Source: the human T2T-CHM13v2.0 reference genome, Homo sapiens. Taken from it: a DNA stretch of 64,000 bases. A program made the translations under genes and the position numbers. This document shows, in pieces, positions 12,911 to 25,912 of the stretch. Numbering within the stretch: position 1 is the first letter of the stretch; each line of letters starts with the position of its first letter. The DNA lies in contig CP068257.2 of the NCBI GenBank assembly GCA_009914755.4, forward strand, positions 43,424,001 to 43,488,000, given 5' to 3'. A model generated the notes under the pieces. That model was not told the origin of the DNA and ran no database searches. It saw only the letters and a program-made list of their open reading frames with translations.

Positions 12911-13369
12911 CGGCCAAGCGGCCAGGTTGGCGGCCGGGGCTCCGGGCCGCGCGAGGCCACGGCCACGCCGCGCCGCTGCGCACAACCAACGAGGCAGAGC
13001 GCCGCCCGGCGCGAGACTGCGGCCGAAGCGTGGGGCGCGCGTGCGGAGGACCAGGCGCGGCGCGGCTGCGGCTGAGGTGAGGGCGGCGCGGGGCCGCGGC
13101 GGCTCGGGCGGGCGCGGGCTCCGGACCCCGCGGTGGCGGCGTTTATGTAAGCGCCGGGCAGGGACTGGTGGTGGGGCCGGAGCTGCGGGCCGTCCCGGGA
13201 GCGGAGGGCGCCCGCGGAGAAGCGAGGGTGCCGCGGCACCGCCTCGCACCCACCCTCCTGGGTCGCCCGTCTGCTCCGGCGCTCGGCTCCCGGAGGAAGC
13301 TGCGCCCGGGCGGCCCCGCGTCCCCTCCCGAGGGCGCCGAGTCCGCGTGGGATGCGCCGCGCTGCGCCG

Positions 13370-13745
13370 CGGGGAGGGCAGGTGCGCCGGGACGAGGCTG
13401 CGCCCTGGGGACCGAGACTGCGTTTTGGGGAGGGGACGGTGTGCCCTGGAGATCGGAGGCTGCGCTGGGGACGAGGCTGCGCCCGGGGACCAGAGGCTGC
13501 CCCGGGTACAAGGTTGCGCCGGGGAACGGGAGGCTGCGTTGGCAACAAGGCTGCGCCTGGGGACGGTAGGCTATGTCCCTGGGGAGACGCTCCGCCCGGC
13601 ATGGGACGCTGCGCCGGGGGACGGCAGGCTGCGCCCGGGATGAGGCTGGGCCCGGGCAGGGGAGGCTGCCTTGGGAGGGGACGCTGTGCCACGGGAGTGG
13701 AGACTGCGTTGGGGACGAGTCTGCGCCCTGGACGGTCCTGCGTGT
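13370..13745. repeat. GC-rich minisatellite, ~18 units of ~19 bp (consensus approx. GGGGACGAGGCTGCGCCCG)
   Basis: Successive units gggacgaggctgcgccctg / gggaccgagactgcgttttg / gggacgaggctgcgcccg / gggaccagaggctgccccg / gggaacgggaggctgcgttg / ... / gggacgagtctgcgccctg read directly. Confidence 0.85.
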
Positions 13746-15666
13746 CCTTCCGAGGGCGCAGTGTCCGCGCGGGATGCTCTGCGCCGCGGGCGGCCCGGGC
13801 CAGGGAAGTTCCTGCGGGTGCCGGGCGTCTGCAGCGATCGGGAGCAATCTGGGGCAGTTGGGGGCCCGAGGTGACTTTTGACGTGTTCACATCAGAAGGA
13901 AAATTATTGCGTGGTGGATGGGTGCGAGGGAAGGTGTCAGATTGGGCTGTGGACGCTGAAACGTGTTGGAGTCCCGATTTACACGCTGGAAAACCTAACC
14001 TAAAACGTGTTCCTGTCCAGGTTTCTATGTCGGAGATCTGCACCGTGGTGTTTAGTTCCCAGTTAATATTTTTGGTCAGCAGGTTTGGGCTGTTACTTCT
14101 GATACAGGCATTTTACTTCCTTCTTACTAACCATTATTGCATTCCGTTCTCGAAGTATAACGAAAAGTGGCATGATATCAAACTTGTTTCTTTAACGTTT
14201 AACTCCATAATTAAGATGATAGAACCGTAGTTTTTTTAATTGAGAATACAAATATGTATTTAATCCTCTTTGTTTCCTCTTAAATTTTGCCGTATGTTTT
14301 ATTGCTTCGAAAGGTGCCACCCAGAGCTGCATTTTCCAAAACGCTAGGTTGTCTTAAGAGCAGTTGTTTCTAGGAGATAGAAAAGCTAATTGTCTTTTGA
14401 TGACCATCTTTTCCTTGGGGTTGAGACTGCTGTATCCTTTTTGCCTGCTGAGGGTTTCCCAGAGGGGAAAGGGAGAAGGAAGAAAGGATAAAAGCTTGGC
14501 TGATACAGTTCCTTCTTGGATAAGAGAATTAACTGTCTCTCATTGCGCGGTTCCTCCGGAGGACAGGGTCCAGTATGCATGGACAGCCACAACGGGGGCT
14601 CGGTAAGTATTTGATGAGACAGGCTGAGCTGGGTGCCTATATCTTGCCTGTGGTGGAGAGGATGAACTCACACAGACTCTGAAAGGAATGCATTGTCTGT
14701 GAGTGATGCCCTGTTAGATGTCTGAGGGTTCCTAAGACTGGGTATATCCCACTACATCTACATCACATTTGAAGCTGTAGTTGGAAAGGAAAAAAGGAGG
14801 CCCTCCTGCAGGGACAGGGGCTTAAAAATAATCGATCCAGCTCTGAGAAATTGATGACACATGTGTCTCTGGTGTGACGTGCTCATGCAGTTGTTACTGG
14901 GAGGCCAAGGGGGAAGGATTAGCTATGAAGTGATAACATCATCCACAAAAAACATCTTGGCTCAGAGGCTAATTTCACTTCCTCGTGAATTTATGTATTG
15001 TAAAACATTTGAATTCTTTTAGATTTTTGGAATAAGAATTTTTTTAACTTCTATTTGTCCAGTGAATGCATAAAACAAACTTAATCCATTTGACAAATAC
15101 TTGTCTGTGGCCTGTTATGTGCTAGGCCTTCCCTGTTTTAGGCCCTAGGAGATACAGTACTTAACAAGATAGGTAGAGATCAAAAATGCTTCTGGCATAA
15201 AGCAGTACATTTGTATTGATAGATTTAAAAAGATAAGCAAGCACACAGTACCTACAGAAAGGTAAAGCCTCATTCCACTCCATCCCTGGGCACTTGGTTC
15301 AAAGGCTGCACCCAATTGTGTATTGTCCTAGCAGGAGTCAAAGTGTGTATTGTATATGTTTTAATATATGACAAACCTTGCTATAGTGCATATTCTTACA
15401 CGTGGGTACAAGCAAAGCCTACTAATTAGTTATTATCAAAATTTCTTAGCTGTAAGTTTTACTTAAGAACTGGGTTTTATTCCCTTGAATGCTGTGATTA
15501 GCTCTGTGATCAAACAATATAATTCAAATAGGAGGTAGTTAACTTTGGAAAGAAATAGATGAAGTTACACATTTACCAGCCTATAAAAAAGTTTAGCAAA
15601 GTTATCAAGCTTAGTTTGAAACCAAAAAGCTCAGAGAGGTCCAATTTTATTAGAAAACTCAATGGT

Positions 15667-15978
<312 letters not shown>

Positions 15979-17097
15979 TCAGTGGTTTTCTGTGTCAACT
16001 TTCTAAAATAGGAATTTCTAAATCTGTAATTTGGTGTGATGGAAATGGTGTTAAAAAAAAACCCATATTATTTTGTATGTTCATAATATGTGAGGTAGGA
16101 AAAGCAAATGGGAAAATTAAAAATTGTCCAGTGAAATCATTAAGATTCCTTCCTTATTCCTTGAGTGACTTTTCTTTCCAAGTTGACAGCTTTTTATCTG
16201 GGGTGTGGACAGGGACAGCGCAGTAGCCCACAGAGGTCTTCGTGGCAGGGCTTACCGCACCTTCCATTTGCAGAGTTTTGCTTCATCCATAGCTTGACAG
16301 CTGTTGGGCTAGGGCCATTAATATCAAATTATCACAATTTTTTTTTTTTGGTAGTTTGATTAGTACTGCTTGCTGCACTTTTCCACCTGTATGCCTATAA
16401 GATGTCCTAGGCGTACACAAAGAAAAGTGACTTTGGTTTTAGGTTTAACGTCTTTGTGATGGAACAGGAAGGGGGATGAAAGTAACTCTGAGATACCTTG
16501 TATTTTTATTGGAAGTACAGTGAAATGGAAGCTCTACTTGCTTCTAGTTTGGTGATTTTGGAACCTGGTTCCATTTCATTTGCTTGTTCATCCAACAGGC
16601 ATTCACCCATGCATCCTGGCCCAGGTACTGTTCTAGGTATTGGAGATTCAGGATGAGCCTGATGAGGAGAGTTCCTGCCCTCAAGCGGTTCATTTTCTTG
16701 GGAAGGAGGAGAGCAGTAAACAAGCATTTGGTGTCCTAACTGCTTCAAAGGGCAAATGAGGCAGGGTAGGTGAGAGAAGGTCAAATAGGTGGTGAGGATG
16801 GAGTGAGCTGGGCTGAGGTCACGGCAGCAGCAGCCTCTCAGGCACAGGGAACTCTCGGGTGAAAGTCCCTGAGCCTCCTTGTAGTATGGTGGTCACCTCA
16901 GGGAGGCCATTGCTGCCAGAGAGGCTGGGCGAGTGGTAGGAAGTGAGATGGGAGTGGAGGAGAGCTGCATCTTGGAGCACACAGGCTGTGGTAAGGAATT
17001 TAGATTTTAAGTTTGATGGGAAGCCTTAAGGGAGCCTTTCTTCCTTCCTTGCGAATGACATGATCTGATTTATCTTTAAAAAGTACCACTCTGGCTG

Positions 17098-17282
17098 TTG
17101 GGCTTACAATATGCCAGGCTGTTTTAAGAGCTTTACATATATTAATTCATTTATTCTTATGACAGTCCAAAAAGTAGGCATTATTATCATTATTCCCATG
17201 TTACAGGGGGGAATACCTAGGCACAGAGTGGTTAAGTGATTTACCCAAGGTCACACAGGAAGTGGCAATGGCAGGATGTACC
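17098..17282 (-). mobile_element. MIR SINE
   Basis: 'atgccaggctgttttaagagctttacatatattaattcatttattcttatgacagtcc...ttattcccatgttacagg..gaatacctaggcacagagtggttaagtgatttacccaaggtcacacaggaagtggcaatggcagga' matches reverse-complement MIR consensus. Confidence 0.8.
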
Positions 17283-17749
17283 CTTACCTCCTTACTGCAG
17301 CTTGCTTTTTGCACCTCCACTACTGCAGACTGGAGGAGGAATATCAGCAAGGAGATCAGTTAGACTTTTGTGAAAGCTGGGTGACTGTACCGGCACCTCA
17401 GACCAGGGCGGAAGTGGTGAGATCAGATTCAGCCTACTGAATTTCAGCATTTGTAAGATGCCATCATTTTTAAGTTGCATCATCATTTCTTATGCTGCTA
17501 ACAAAGGGAAAATGTAGCCAACTAGATTGTGACACAATGCTTTCTTGTTACCCAGCATTCATTTATACTCATTGAAAGAGCTTAGACTAAGCATTGACTT
17601 TTAAAATCATATAATTCATGCACTTTCATAAAAAAGGAAAATACAAGTAAAATAAAGTAATTCTGAAATTTCTTCACATCTAGAATCTGATTCTTCCAAC
17701 TCAGCTTTTGACTTGGCGTTGGTGCCAGGTATGAGATAGGGAAGTCTGG

Positions 17750-18040
17750 GAAGAGCCAGTGTTGGGATTTGAACATGTGGAGCTTGTGACTGGAAGGCAG
17801 CCCAGCTCAGCAGCTCCACTCAAGGGCCAGATCTGGAGGACGAGGGTTGGGTCATTGTGCAGCTACTTCCTAGATGATCTTGAGCAAGCAGTCTAATCTC
17901 TGTGCTTCAGTTTTCTCATCTATAAATTAGGAAGAATAAAAGCAACTTGTCAGGGTTGTTGAGTTGCTAATGTAAAGTACCTAAAATAGTACCTGACTAA
18001 CAGTATTTAATGGGGCTTACTTTGCTTATTATTTTTATGA
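17750..18040 (+). mobile_element. MIR SINE
   Basis: 'gagcaagcagtctaatctctgtgcttcagttttctcatctataaattaggaagaataaaagcaacttgtcagggttgttgagttgctaatgtaaagtacctaaaatagtacctgactaacagtatttaatgg' matches MIR consensus (cttaacctctctgtgcctcagtttcctcatctgtaaaatgggg...agggttgttgtgaggattaaatgag...aaagcgcttagaacagtgcctggcacatagtaag). Confidence 0.8.
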
Positions 18041-20859
18041 TTAGTTATCTGAGTAGAGAAAGGTGAATATGGATGGAAATTCAAGGTCAGGTTCAAGAAG
18101 AGGTTGGGGCCAAATATGTAAATTTGGGAGTCATTTGCATATTGCTGATCTATGAGGCATACAGTATGGATACAGAGGAGCAGGAGATGAGGAATGGCCT
18201 GGGAGCTTTTGGCAAGCGGTCCACATTGGGAGGGAGGGTCTAGCAACGCCATTGAAAAGGACTCTGTTTGAAGAAGGAAGAAACTAGTGAGAGTCTAGTG
18301 GCCTGGAAACCAAGACACCGAGGGGTTCTTTTCTTCTTATTCTTCGTGGGCTGGAGAGTTTCCTATTGGCTTTGATAAGAGGTGGTTGTGAGTGACCTTG
18401 ATAGGTTTGGAGTGGTGGGGAGAGGAAACAAATAGAGTAGAGGTGGGAACATCAGTGTAGACGACTCTCTAGAGGAGTTCTGTTAAAAGGGAAGAGTCAT
18501 GGGATGGTGGCTGGAGGGGACATGGGTACAGGAAGTTTTTAGTTGTATTTTTAAATGAGAGCGATGATAGCATGTTATGAGCTAATAGGAATGATCCAGT
18601 AGAGGGAAACATTTATAATATGCCAGGAAAGAGGATAATGTTGGAGCCAAGTCCTTGAGAAGGTGAGAGGGAGGCAGGAAGAGCAGGGATGCTCAGCTCT
18701 AGAAGGGAGGCGGGACTTCAGGAGGGAGGCAGGACTTCTGCACGTGGGAGCCTGGACTCAGAAATATTCCTCAAGACATGCTGCCCTTTTGAAAGGAGGA
18801 TAGGAAATAAATCATGGTTTTGTCCTCAGTCCTAAAAAGTTCGGAATCTCACCCTAGGACTCAGGATCCAGCTTCTTACCAGCTTGTGCTGAACATGCCA
18901 TGGGGCGTACTTACGGAAAGATACATGTGGAAATGGAATTTTTTATTTATTTAAAAAATTCACTTTTCTCTAAAAGTATTGTTACCTGGAGGTTGGCACC
19001 TTTATTCACCAAATTCAGTACTCAGAGGACTAGAAGACTCGGTGCCTGATTTGTGCTTGATTTGCCTAGCTGGGAATTTCAGTTTTGCATTTAAGACGAC
19101 TCCCTCACCAACCCTACCCCCAGAGGAAAGCAGGTATTGTTGCTTTGGGCCTGTTGCATGTATATGTTTATGTTCCACTGGGTCAGCAGCATTCAGTGAA
19201 ACACAGTTGCCTGTTAACTTGGTAAAATATCTTAATTGCATGAGTTTTGATTTGTTTTTGTGATTATTTGATTTTTTCAGGTTTGGAGTTTCAGAACACC
19301 CATCTTCTCAGTAGTTCAGCCAATGCGATGAAATGTGAAGAAGCCTTCCCCAGCTTCCTTGCATTCTCTCCATCATCTGTGCAGTGGAGAGTAGTTCCCA
19401 CTGCTGTGGAAACATTTTCCCTTTGCTCTTTTCTCTCAGGGCAGGCTTTCCTGAGTGCCTGCTCTGTGTGAGTCATCGTGGGAGGATGCGGTGGAGAAGG
19501 ACAGGGAGGAGGTCTGTGCTTCTTTGAACTGACATTCTGGTGGAGAAACTAAACAGATCACAGAGGCAGACACCGTGCCTCACAACTACACACGGACCCG
19601 GCTTATGATGGTTCCAGTAACAATTTTTGACTTGACTGTGGTACCCATACAGTCATTCTGTTTTTCACTTTTGGCATAGCATTCAATAAATTGCATGCGA
19701 TATTAAGTACTTTGTTATAAAATAGGCTTTGTATTAGATGATTTTGTTCAATTGTAGGCTAATGTGAGTGTTCTGAGCACCTTTTAGGTAGGCTAGGCTA
19801 AGCTTTGATGTTTGGTAGGGTAGGTGTATTGAATGCTTTTTCAGGTTAGGATGTCTTCAACTTGCGATGGGTTCATAGGATCGGAACTCCACCGTCAGTC
19901 AAGGAGCACCTGTGCTGTCTTTATCGGCATGACCGAGGAGACAGGGCTGAGGTAGATGGCATCAAGAGGGTGGCTCCTGGTGGAGGTATGATGTTCTGGG
20001 AAGGCCTCTCTGAGTGCGATGTGGTACGCTGAGGCCCAGAGGGAAAGCATGAGCTCATGTCAGGAGGGGGGACAACAGCCTTCTGGCTAGAAGGATAGCC
20101 TGCCAGAGAGCCTGCTTATTAGAGTGGCCAGGATAGGACCAGAACCATTGTCCAGTCAGGGGCTAGGAGGTGAGGCTGCAGAGACACAGGGGCCAGGTCC
20201 TGCAGACTCTCAAGAGTGCAACAGGAAGAATGGAGGCCTGGGTTGGCACTGTTGCCATGATTTAGCGGGGCAGAGGTGGCAGAACTGGAGAAAAGAGAGC
20301 AGGTGTGAATTCTTGGTTGTGGGCAATAGATCAGGTCTTGGAGACAAGGGAAGTGGAGGGACCAAGAAGGGCTCTTGGAGCTCTTTGGATGGTGATGATG
20401 TGATGATGCCACGTTCCAGAGGATCTCAGGTTAGGAGTCTTCAACTAGAGACCTCATTTTGTATTGGGTTCTGTTTGAGTCTGCAAAGCAGTTGTCATCT
20501 AATATGTGACTAGCAGAATATTTGTTTGTATAGATACCTCTCAACTTACGATGAGGTTCATAACTTAAATATATTGTCAGTTGAAAATGCATTTAATACA
20601 CCTAACCTTCAAAATTCAAAGTACACTTTCTATTAAATATGTATCACTTTCACACCATCATAAAGTAAAAAAATCATAAGTCAGACTGTTGTAAGCCAGC
20701 GTCTGTCTGTACCTTCCCACGGCCTACAAAATTTGTAATGCATTGTTTGTAAAACACAGACACGTGCATTTAAACTTTTATTAGGTAGAACTGGCTCTTC
20801 TTCAGGGTCCTTGTAATTAAGTCAGTTATTCCTCTCATGACATTCTTGTAGGAGGTCTC

Positions 20860-21060
20860 ATTACCCCTATTTATCAGATCAGAAAACTGATGCTAAGGGG
20901 CTCAGTGACTTCCTAGGAAAGCTGGATAATGTTTAACATTTATTAAGCTCTTACCATGTGTCAGACATGGTAAAGTGAGTTTAATCTAGTTTAATCCTCA
21001 TGATGATCTTAGGATGTTGCTATTAAGGGTCACTGTCATCATCCCTTTTTACTGATAACA
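20860..21060 (-). mobile_element. MIR-like fragment(s)
   Basis: 'aacatttattaagctcttaccatgtgtcagacatggtaaagtgagtttaatctagtttaatcctcatgatg' resembles reverse-complement MIR 3' end; adjacent 'cccctatttatcagatcagaaaactgatgctaaggggctcagtgacttcc' resembles the MIR core. Confidence 0.45.
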
Positions 21061-21980
21061 CTGGCCTGGCTTACCTGAGTAGCCTCCTAACAGATCTCTT
21101 CTTCCACTTCTGGTCTCCTTCAGTCTGTTCTTGACCAGCAGTCGGATCTGAGCCTGTACATGGAAGACATCACGTCATTCTCCTGCTCAGAGTCCCCCTG
21201 CGGCCTTCTTTCCTGCTGTCCCTTCCTGCCACTCAGAGCCCTGGCTCCAGCTGTCTTGGGGCCTATAGCTAGCCCTCACTTCAGTGTTCATGCACCATTG
21301 TGTGCTGCGTGCCCTGCTCACTGTTCTGTTTATTTCTGCCATCTGTACCCACCACTACCTTCCTCCCCACACAGCCTGCCTGGCCAGAATGAAAGCCTCA
21401 GGAAGGCAGGGCTATTGCTCTGAATCTGTCCTGAGGGCTCGGAGCAATGCCTGGTAGATAGACACTTGTAAGCCTTTGCTGAAGGAGAGAATAACTTTAA
21501 CTTACTTTTTCTGTTGGTAGTAAGTAGTAGAACCTGCATTAAGTTTATCTGCTTCTGAAAACGTATGCTTTTGCTGCCTCCCTACACTGCCCCCCCATCC
21601 TATTGTACTTGGTGAATCAGTCATATATTTATGCCCCATATGTCTGTGTTATCTCCAGATTTCCACACTTTTCTATGTAGAATAGAAACATTTATAAAAC
21701 ATTCAAAATTGTTATAAAACCATAAAGTTTGACATAGTAAATTATCTGTTGAAAACAGGGAGGCCACATCCTGGAAAAGTAGCTCTGTCCTGCCAGCATC
21801 ATTTTAACCCCTTTTGGACAAGATACAGTTGAAATGCATTCTCTGAAATAATACTTATAACTACATCTTGACAGAAACAAGAATATTTCGAATAATTCTG
21901 GGAGGATTCAGGAAAAGGCAGCCAAATAAAATGAAAAAATACATTTGATTCAACTGTGGAGGCTTAAAGGAATTACACAT

Positions 21981-22282
21981 CTTTTTTGTTTTTTTGCGAC
22001 AGCGTCTTGCTTTGTTGCTCAGGCTAGAGTACAGTGGTACAATCATAGCTCACTGTAGCCACAACCTCCTGGGTTCAAGCGATCCTCCCGCCTCAGTCTC
22101 AGCCTCCCAGGTAGCTGGGGCTACAGGTGGATGCCACCACACCCGGCTAATTTTTGTATTTTTTGTAGAGACGGGGTTTTACCGTGTTGCCCAGGCTGGT
22201 CTCGAGCTCCTGGACTCAAGGGATCCAATTGCCTCGGCCTCCCAAAATGCTGGGATTACAGGCGGAGCCATTGCACCTGGCC
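21981..22282 (-). mobile_element. Alu (AluS-like), minus orientation
   Basis: poly-T then gagacggggttttaccgtgttgcccaggctggtctcgagctcctg...cctcccaaaatgctgggattacaggcggagccattgcacctggcc. Confidence 0.9.
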
Positions 22283-23226
22283 AAAAAAGCATCTCTTATA
22301 AGCTGTTTTTGGTGAAGGAGCAAACAGGAAAGTGTCCCAGAATTTGGGAGATCAGGATTGTAATCCCAGCCCTGCTTCTGAACAGGATGGTGCATTCTCT
22401 TCATGCCTCTGCTGCAGGCTCCTTGGATGTAGAATGAGGGCAGTTGAATTGCTTGTTGCCGAGGTTCTCTCCATTTCTGGAAGACTATTGTAAGTCAGAG
22501 TCAAATAATCATTCATTCAGTTGTCCAATAAATACTCATCATAGAACCTATGTGTAGTCCTGTCTAATGGTAGGTGGTGCTACGTCACTTCCTGCCATGG
22601 CTGCCGAGGCTCACGCGAGGCTGGCACTTGGCAGAGAGTCCTGTCCCTTCTTTTGACTCAGTAACTGTGGAAAGAGGTGAGGTATAGGAAGGGAGGGCCT
22701 AGGCCTTAGGGGTTAAGCGGGCTTAGGAGGCAGGATTGAGAGAGGTGGAATGATGGATTCAGAGTCCAAGAGAAAACGTGAAACTCCAGGGGATTAGAAT
22801 TGATCCCTTTCTCTGTTTCCTCAGTCTTAGGGGGACTAGACTGTGTTAGTTGTCTTGAATTAAATTGAGCAGGGGTTGTTTTTCACTTCTGTAAGTCCAG
22901 AGTTTATCATAAGCCACCAGAGGTAATTCAGTAGTAGTTAATATTTCATTAACCCTCACTTCTAAAATTACAAAGTTAGAAGTGGAGGTCTTTAACATAT
23001 ATATCAGTCAGGCTGGAGAGTAAGTTGGAAAGTTGCATTTTATTCCTGTGTGTTTACTTATGGCAGTGCACATAAGCCCAGTTTTGTTTCTTTTTCTTTG
23101 ATTAGTAACAGTTGGGCACAAGGTGTCCAACCCACCCAGTGTTAAGTCACTTAGAGTGAGTTGATTTCCTTGAAAAAAGGAATCTTTTCAAGAATGTAAA
23201 GTGGCTTCTCGTAGTCTTCGTGAGGC

Positions 23227-23340
23227 TCTGGAGTCAGACACAATACTGGGTTACCCTGGGACCATGTGCAGTGAGCCCGGGCTTCTGGAGTCAGACACAG
23301 TACCTGGTTACCCTGGGATCATGTGCAGTGAGCCTGGGCT
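23227..23340. repeat. Tandem duplication, 2 x 57 bp
   Basis: ctggagtcagacacaatactgggttaccctgggaccatgtgcagtgagcccgggctt / ctggagtcagacacagtacctggttaccctgggatcatgtgcagtgagcctgggctg. Confidence 0.9.
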
Positions 23341-24959
23341 GCCGGATGCCGCTGGTGGGCCCTCTGCCAGCTGCTGCATCCCCAAGCCCTCTCTTGTGTC
23401 ATTGTTTTCCCTTTTCAGGAATAGTTTCCACTAGGGACCTGCTCCCTCAAATTTCTATCATTTGAGGTGAGGTTTCGTGTTGGTTCATCTGACTGGCCGA
23501 GTGCACCCTGGCTGTGAGAACAGGAAATAGAATTCTGGCTTTTGTCTTAGGGATATCCCCAGGTAGAGAGAGGAGATTCAAAAGATGCTGGGGAGCTACA
23601 GACGTGACCTCTGACCTCTACATGAAGAATGGTGGAAAACACTTACTACTTAGTGTTAATCTACACATTTCACTTGGTTTAGACCTAAGCATAAATAGTG
23701 TGAAGTCGATTTAAACAGAGGTTACAGTTTCCAGAAACTTCAGCGCCGTGGCTGCAGTTAAACAGCAATGATTGGACTCTTTACGTCTACTCCATTCTCG
23801 ATATGAATGAAAGTAGTCACATCAAATGCATATTTATTAGTCTTGGTCATTTTGAATTTGAGTCCTTTACATACTATGTATGTATGTACCCAGGAGCAGA
23901 GCAGGGTTAAAAGTGACATCTTCTAACTTCTACTCTGGAATTTTTTCCCTCTGCACTTTTTGTTGTCACGTAGTAGATGTTTTCACCCACATGCAGGTGA
24001 ATGAGTGACATATTTATCTTGTTACATAGTGAAGCTTTCAATTCTTTAATTTTATCCCTCTAATGAAACTGTGAGGAATTGATTCTGTTGACACAGAAAA
24101 GGCTGGTGTCACATGAACCTAAAGGACGTCATTGAGCATGTGCCTCTCACGCAGAACTGACATAGAGCCTCCCGTGCAGCTCACCTTGAATTCTCCATGC
24201 ACGAATCAGCCATAGGCACGTGTTATGTGTGGCACAGGCAAGAAGTGCCTGATAGATTTTAGTTCTGTTTATTGCTGGAAGCCCTTGCTGTAGGAAAAGG
24301 AAGGTTTTTTCCTTTCCTGGACAATGATTTTGAGCTACGGTGTAGAATGGAAAAGGCAGGCTTTGATTTGCCAGACACTGCTTGCTATGTGTGAAGCCGG
24401 GATAGGGCGGTGCTGTTGGACAGAAGACCTGCCCTGTGTGCCTTTTCACACTGCATTGAGAATTTGTCTAGATGATTTCCTGGGCTTATTGATTGTTGAA
24501 GGAAACAATGCAAATTGCAAGTTATGATCAAATAATGCTTTGAGTCTTCACCTTTTTAGAATGCTCTGGGAAAATACGGGGAGAAAATAAACCATAGGAA
24601 AGGCATTTTGAGGCGGTTTTGTTTTGTTTTAAACAGCTGCCATGAAATGCACCCTCTCTAAGAGGACAATTCAGTGATTTTCTGAATGTCTGAGTTGTGC
24701 AGACATCACCACTGTCTAGTTCTTGAACACTCCTGTCACCTCAAATGTTCCCTGTGCTTGTCTGCAGTTGATTCGCGCACCCAGCCCAGCCTCAGGCAAC
24801 CGCTCAGGCAGCCTGCCTGCTGTTTCCACATGTGCCTTGCAGATATTTCATGGGAAGCAGCTCATGTCCTGTGTCATCGTTTGCATCAGGCTTTCACTTA
24901 ACATGTTTTTCGGGTTCATCCGTGTGTTGTAGAACATATCAGTAGTTTGTTCCTTTTAG

Positions 24960-25620
24960 TCGTATTGGCGTAGCGTGTTCGTTTATTCCACTCCAGCGAT
25001 GGACTTTGGGTTGTTTCTGCATTCTGGCTATTATGAATCACGTGACTTTGAACATTAGCAAGCATGTCTGCGTGTGGATGTGTATTTTCATTTGTCATAG
25101 GTAGATTCCTAGGAGTTCGTAGGAGCTTCGAAATGGAGTTTAAGACAGAAGCCTTTGTTTGATACTGATAATGCTAGCAAGGGCCATTTATTTGGCTTGC
25201 TCTTGAAGTCTGTCTCTGTGATGTGCATTGTGCTTCTTGAATTGTATGAGCCTACTATAGGATGAAATATGGTTATAATGTCGAGCAGAAGCTATTAGCA
25301 TTTCTTAAGCTGACCACCTGTGTTGTGCACACTATTAGGTCCTCAGCAGATGAGTTCTTACCGGGTGTTTGATGTTTTCCCCCCACTTATCAGAAGAGGA
25401 AGTCGGTGAAGTACGGTTGGGCATATTAAAACCACATTCAGCCTACAACACCACAGAAACACTTACCCTTTGACCCAGCAATTCTGCTTCTAGGAATCCT
25501 TCCAGAAGATAGACCTCCAACAATGTGAAAATACATTCGGAATAACCTAAATATCCATATGCAGGAGAGGGTTGAGTAAACTCTAGTACAGCCACACAAC
25601 CACATCCACTGTTGAGGATG
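24960..25620 (+). mobile_element. Ancient L1 ORF2-3' region fragments
   Basis: 'ggactttgggttgtttctgcattctggctattatgaatcacgtgactttgaacattagcaagcatgtctgcgtgtggatgtgtattttc' (L1: gggcatttgggttggttccaagtctttgctattgtgaatagtgccgcaataaacatacgtgtgcatgtgtcttta) and 'ctttgacccagcaattctgcttctaggaatccttccagaagat' (L1: catatgacccagcaatcccactcctaggtatatacccaaagga). Confidence 0.55.
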
Positions 25621-25821
25621 ACCTCTGTGAATTGGTTTGAGGTGGTTTCCAGGGCACGTGGATGTGAATGAGGCAAGTACCAAAGAACATCTAAATGCTG
25701 CCCTTGATGTGAGAAGAAGGGGATGCAGGAAGACACACGCTCCCTGCACACTTGTGCAGAGGAGATACAGGAGGGCAGAGCCAGAAACAAAAGAGATGGT
25801 GACTGCAGAGGGCCAGGGGAC

Positions 25822-25912
25822 GGAGGAGGAGTGGGTGCCAGGTCATAGGTGGGGTGCAGAGGGCGAGGGGGCAGGGAAGTGGAGTGGGTGCCAGGTCATA
25901 GGTGGGGTGCAG
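25822..25912. repeat. Short tandem duplication (31-bp unit gagtgggtgccaggtcataggtggggtgcag twice, 47-bp period)
   Basis: Unit occurs at ~25827 and ~25874 separated by agggcgagggggcagggaagtg. Confidence 0.85.

Larger units (their letters stand above)
12110..13870. promoter_or_regulatory. CpG island (~1.7 kb, very high GC and CpG density); candidate promoter / first exon region
   Basis: Dense CpG dinucleotides and >70% GC across the interval, sharply bounded by AT-rich sequence on both sides; contains nested GC-rich tandem repeats. Confidence 0.8.

Noticed and set aside
12116-14043. Very long ORFs on both strands (377, 464, 238, 292, 224, 198 aa) across the first CpG island
   Set aside because: All are Ala/Arg/Pro/Gly-rich with internal repeats that track the underlying 12-mer, (GGC)n and 19-bp minisatellite. 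Overlapping long ORFs in every frame are the expected artefact of >70% GC sequence lacking TAA/TAG/TGA, not evidence of coding.
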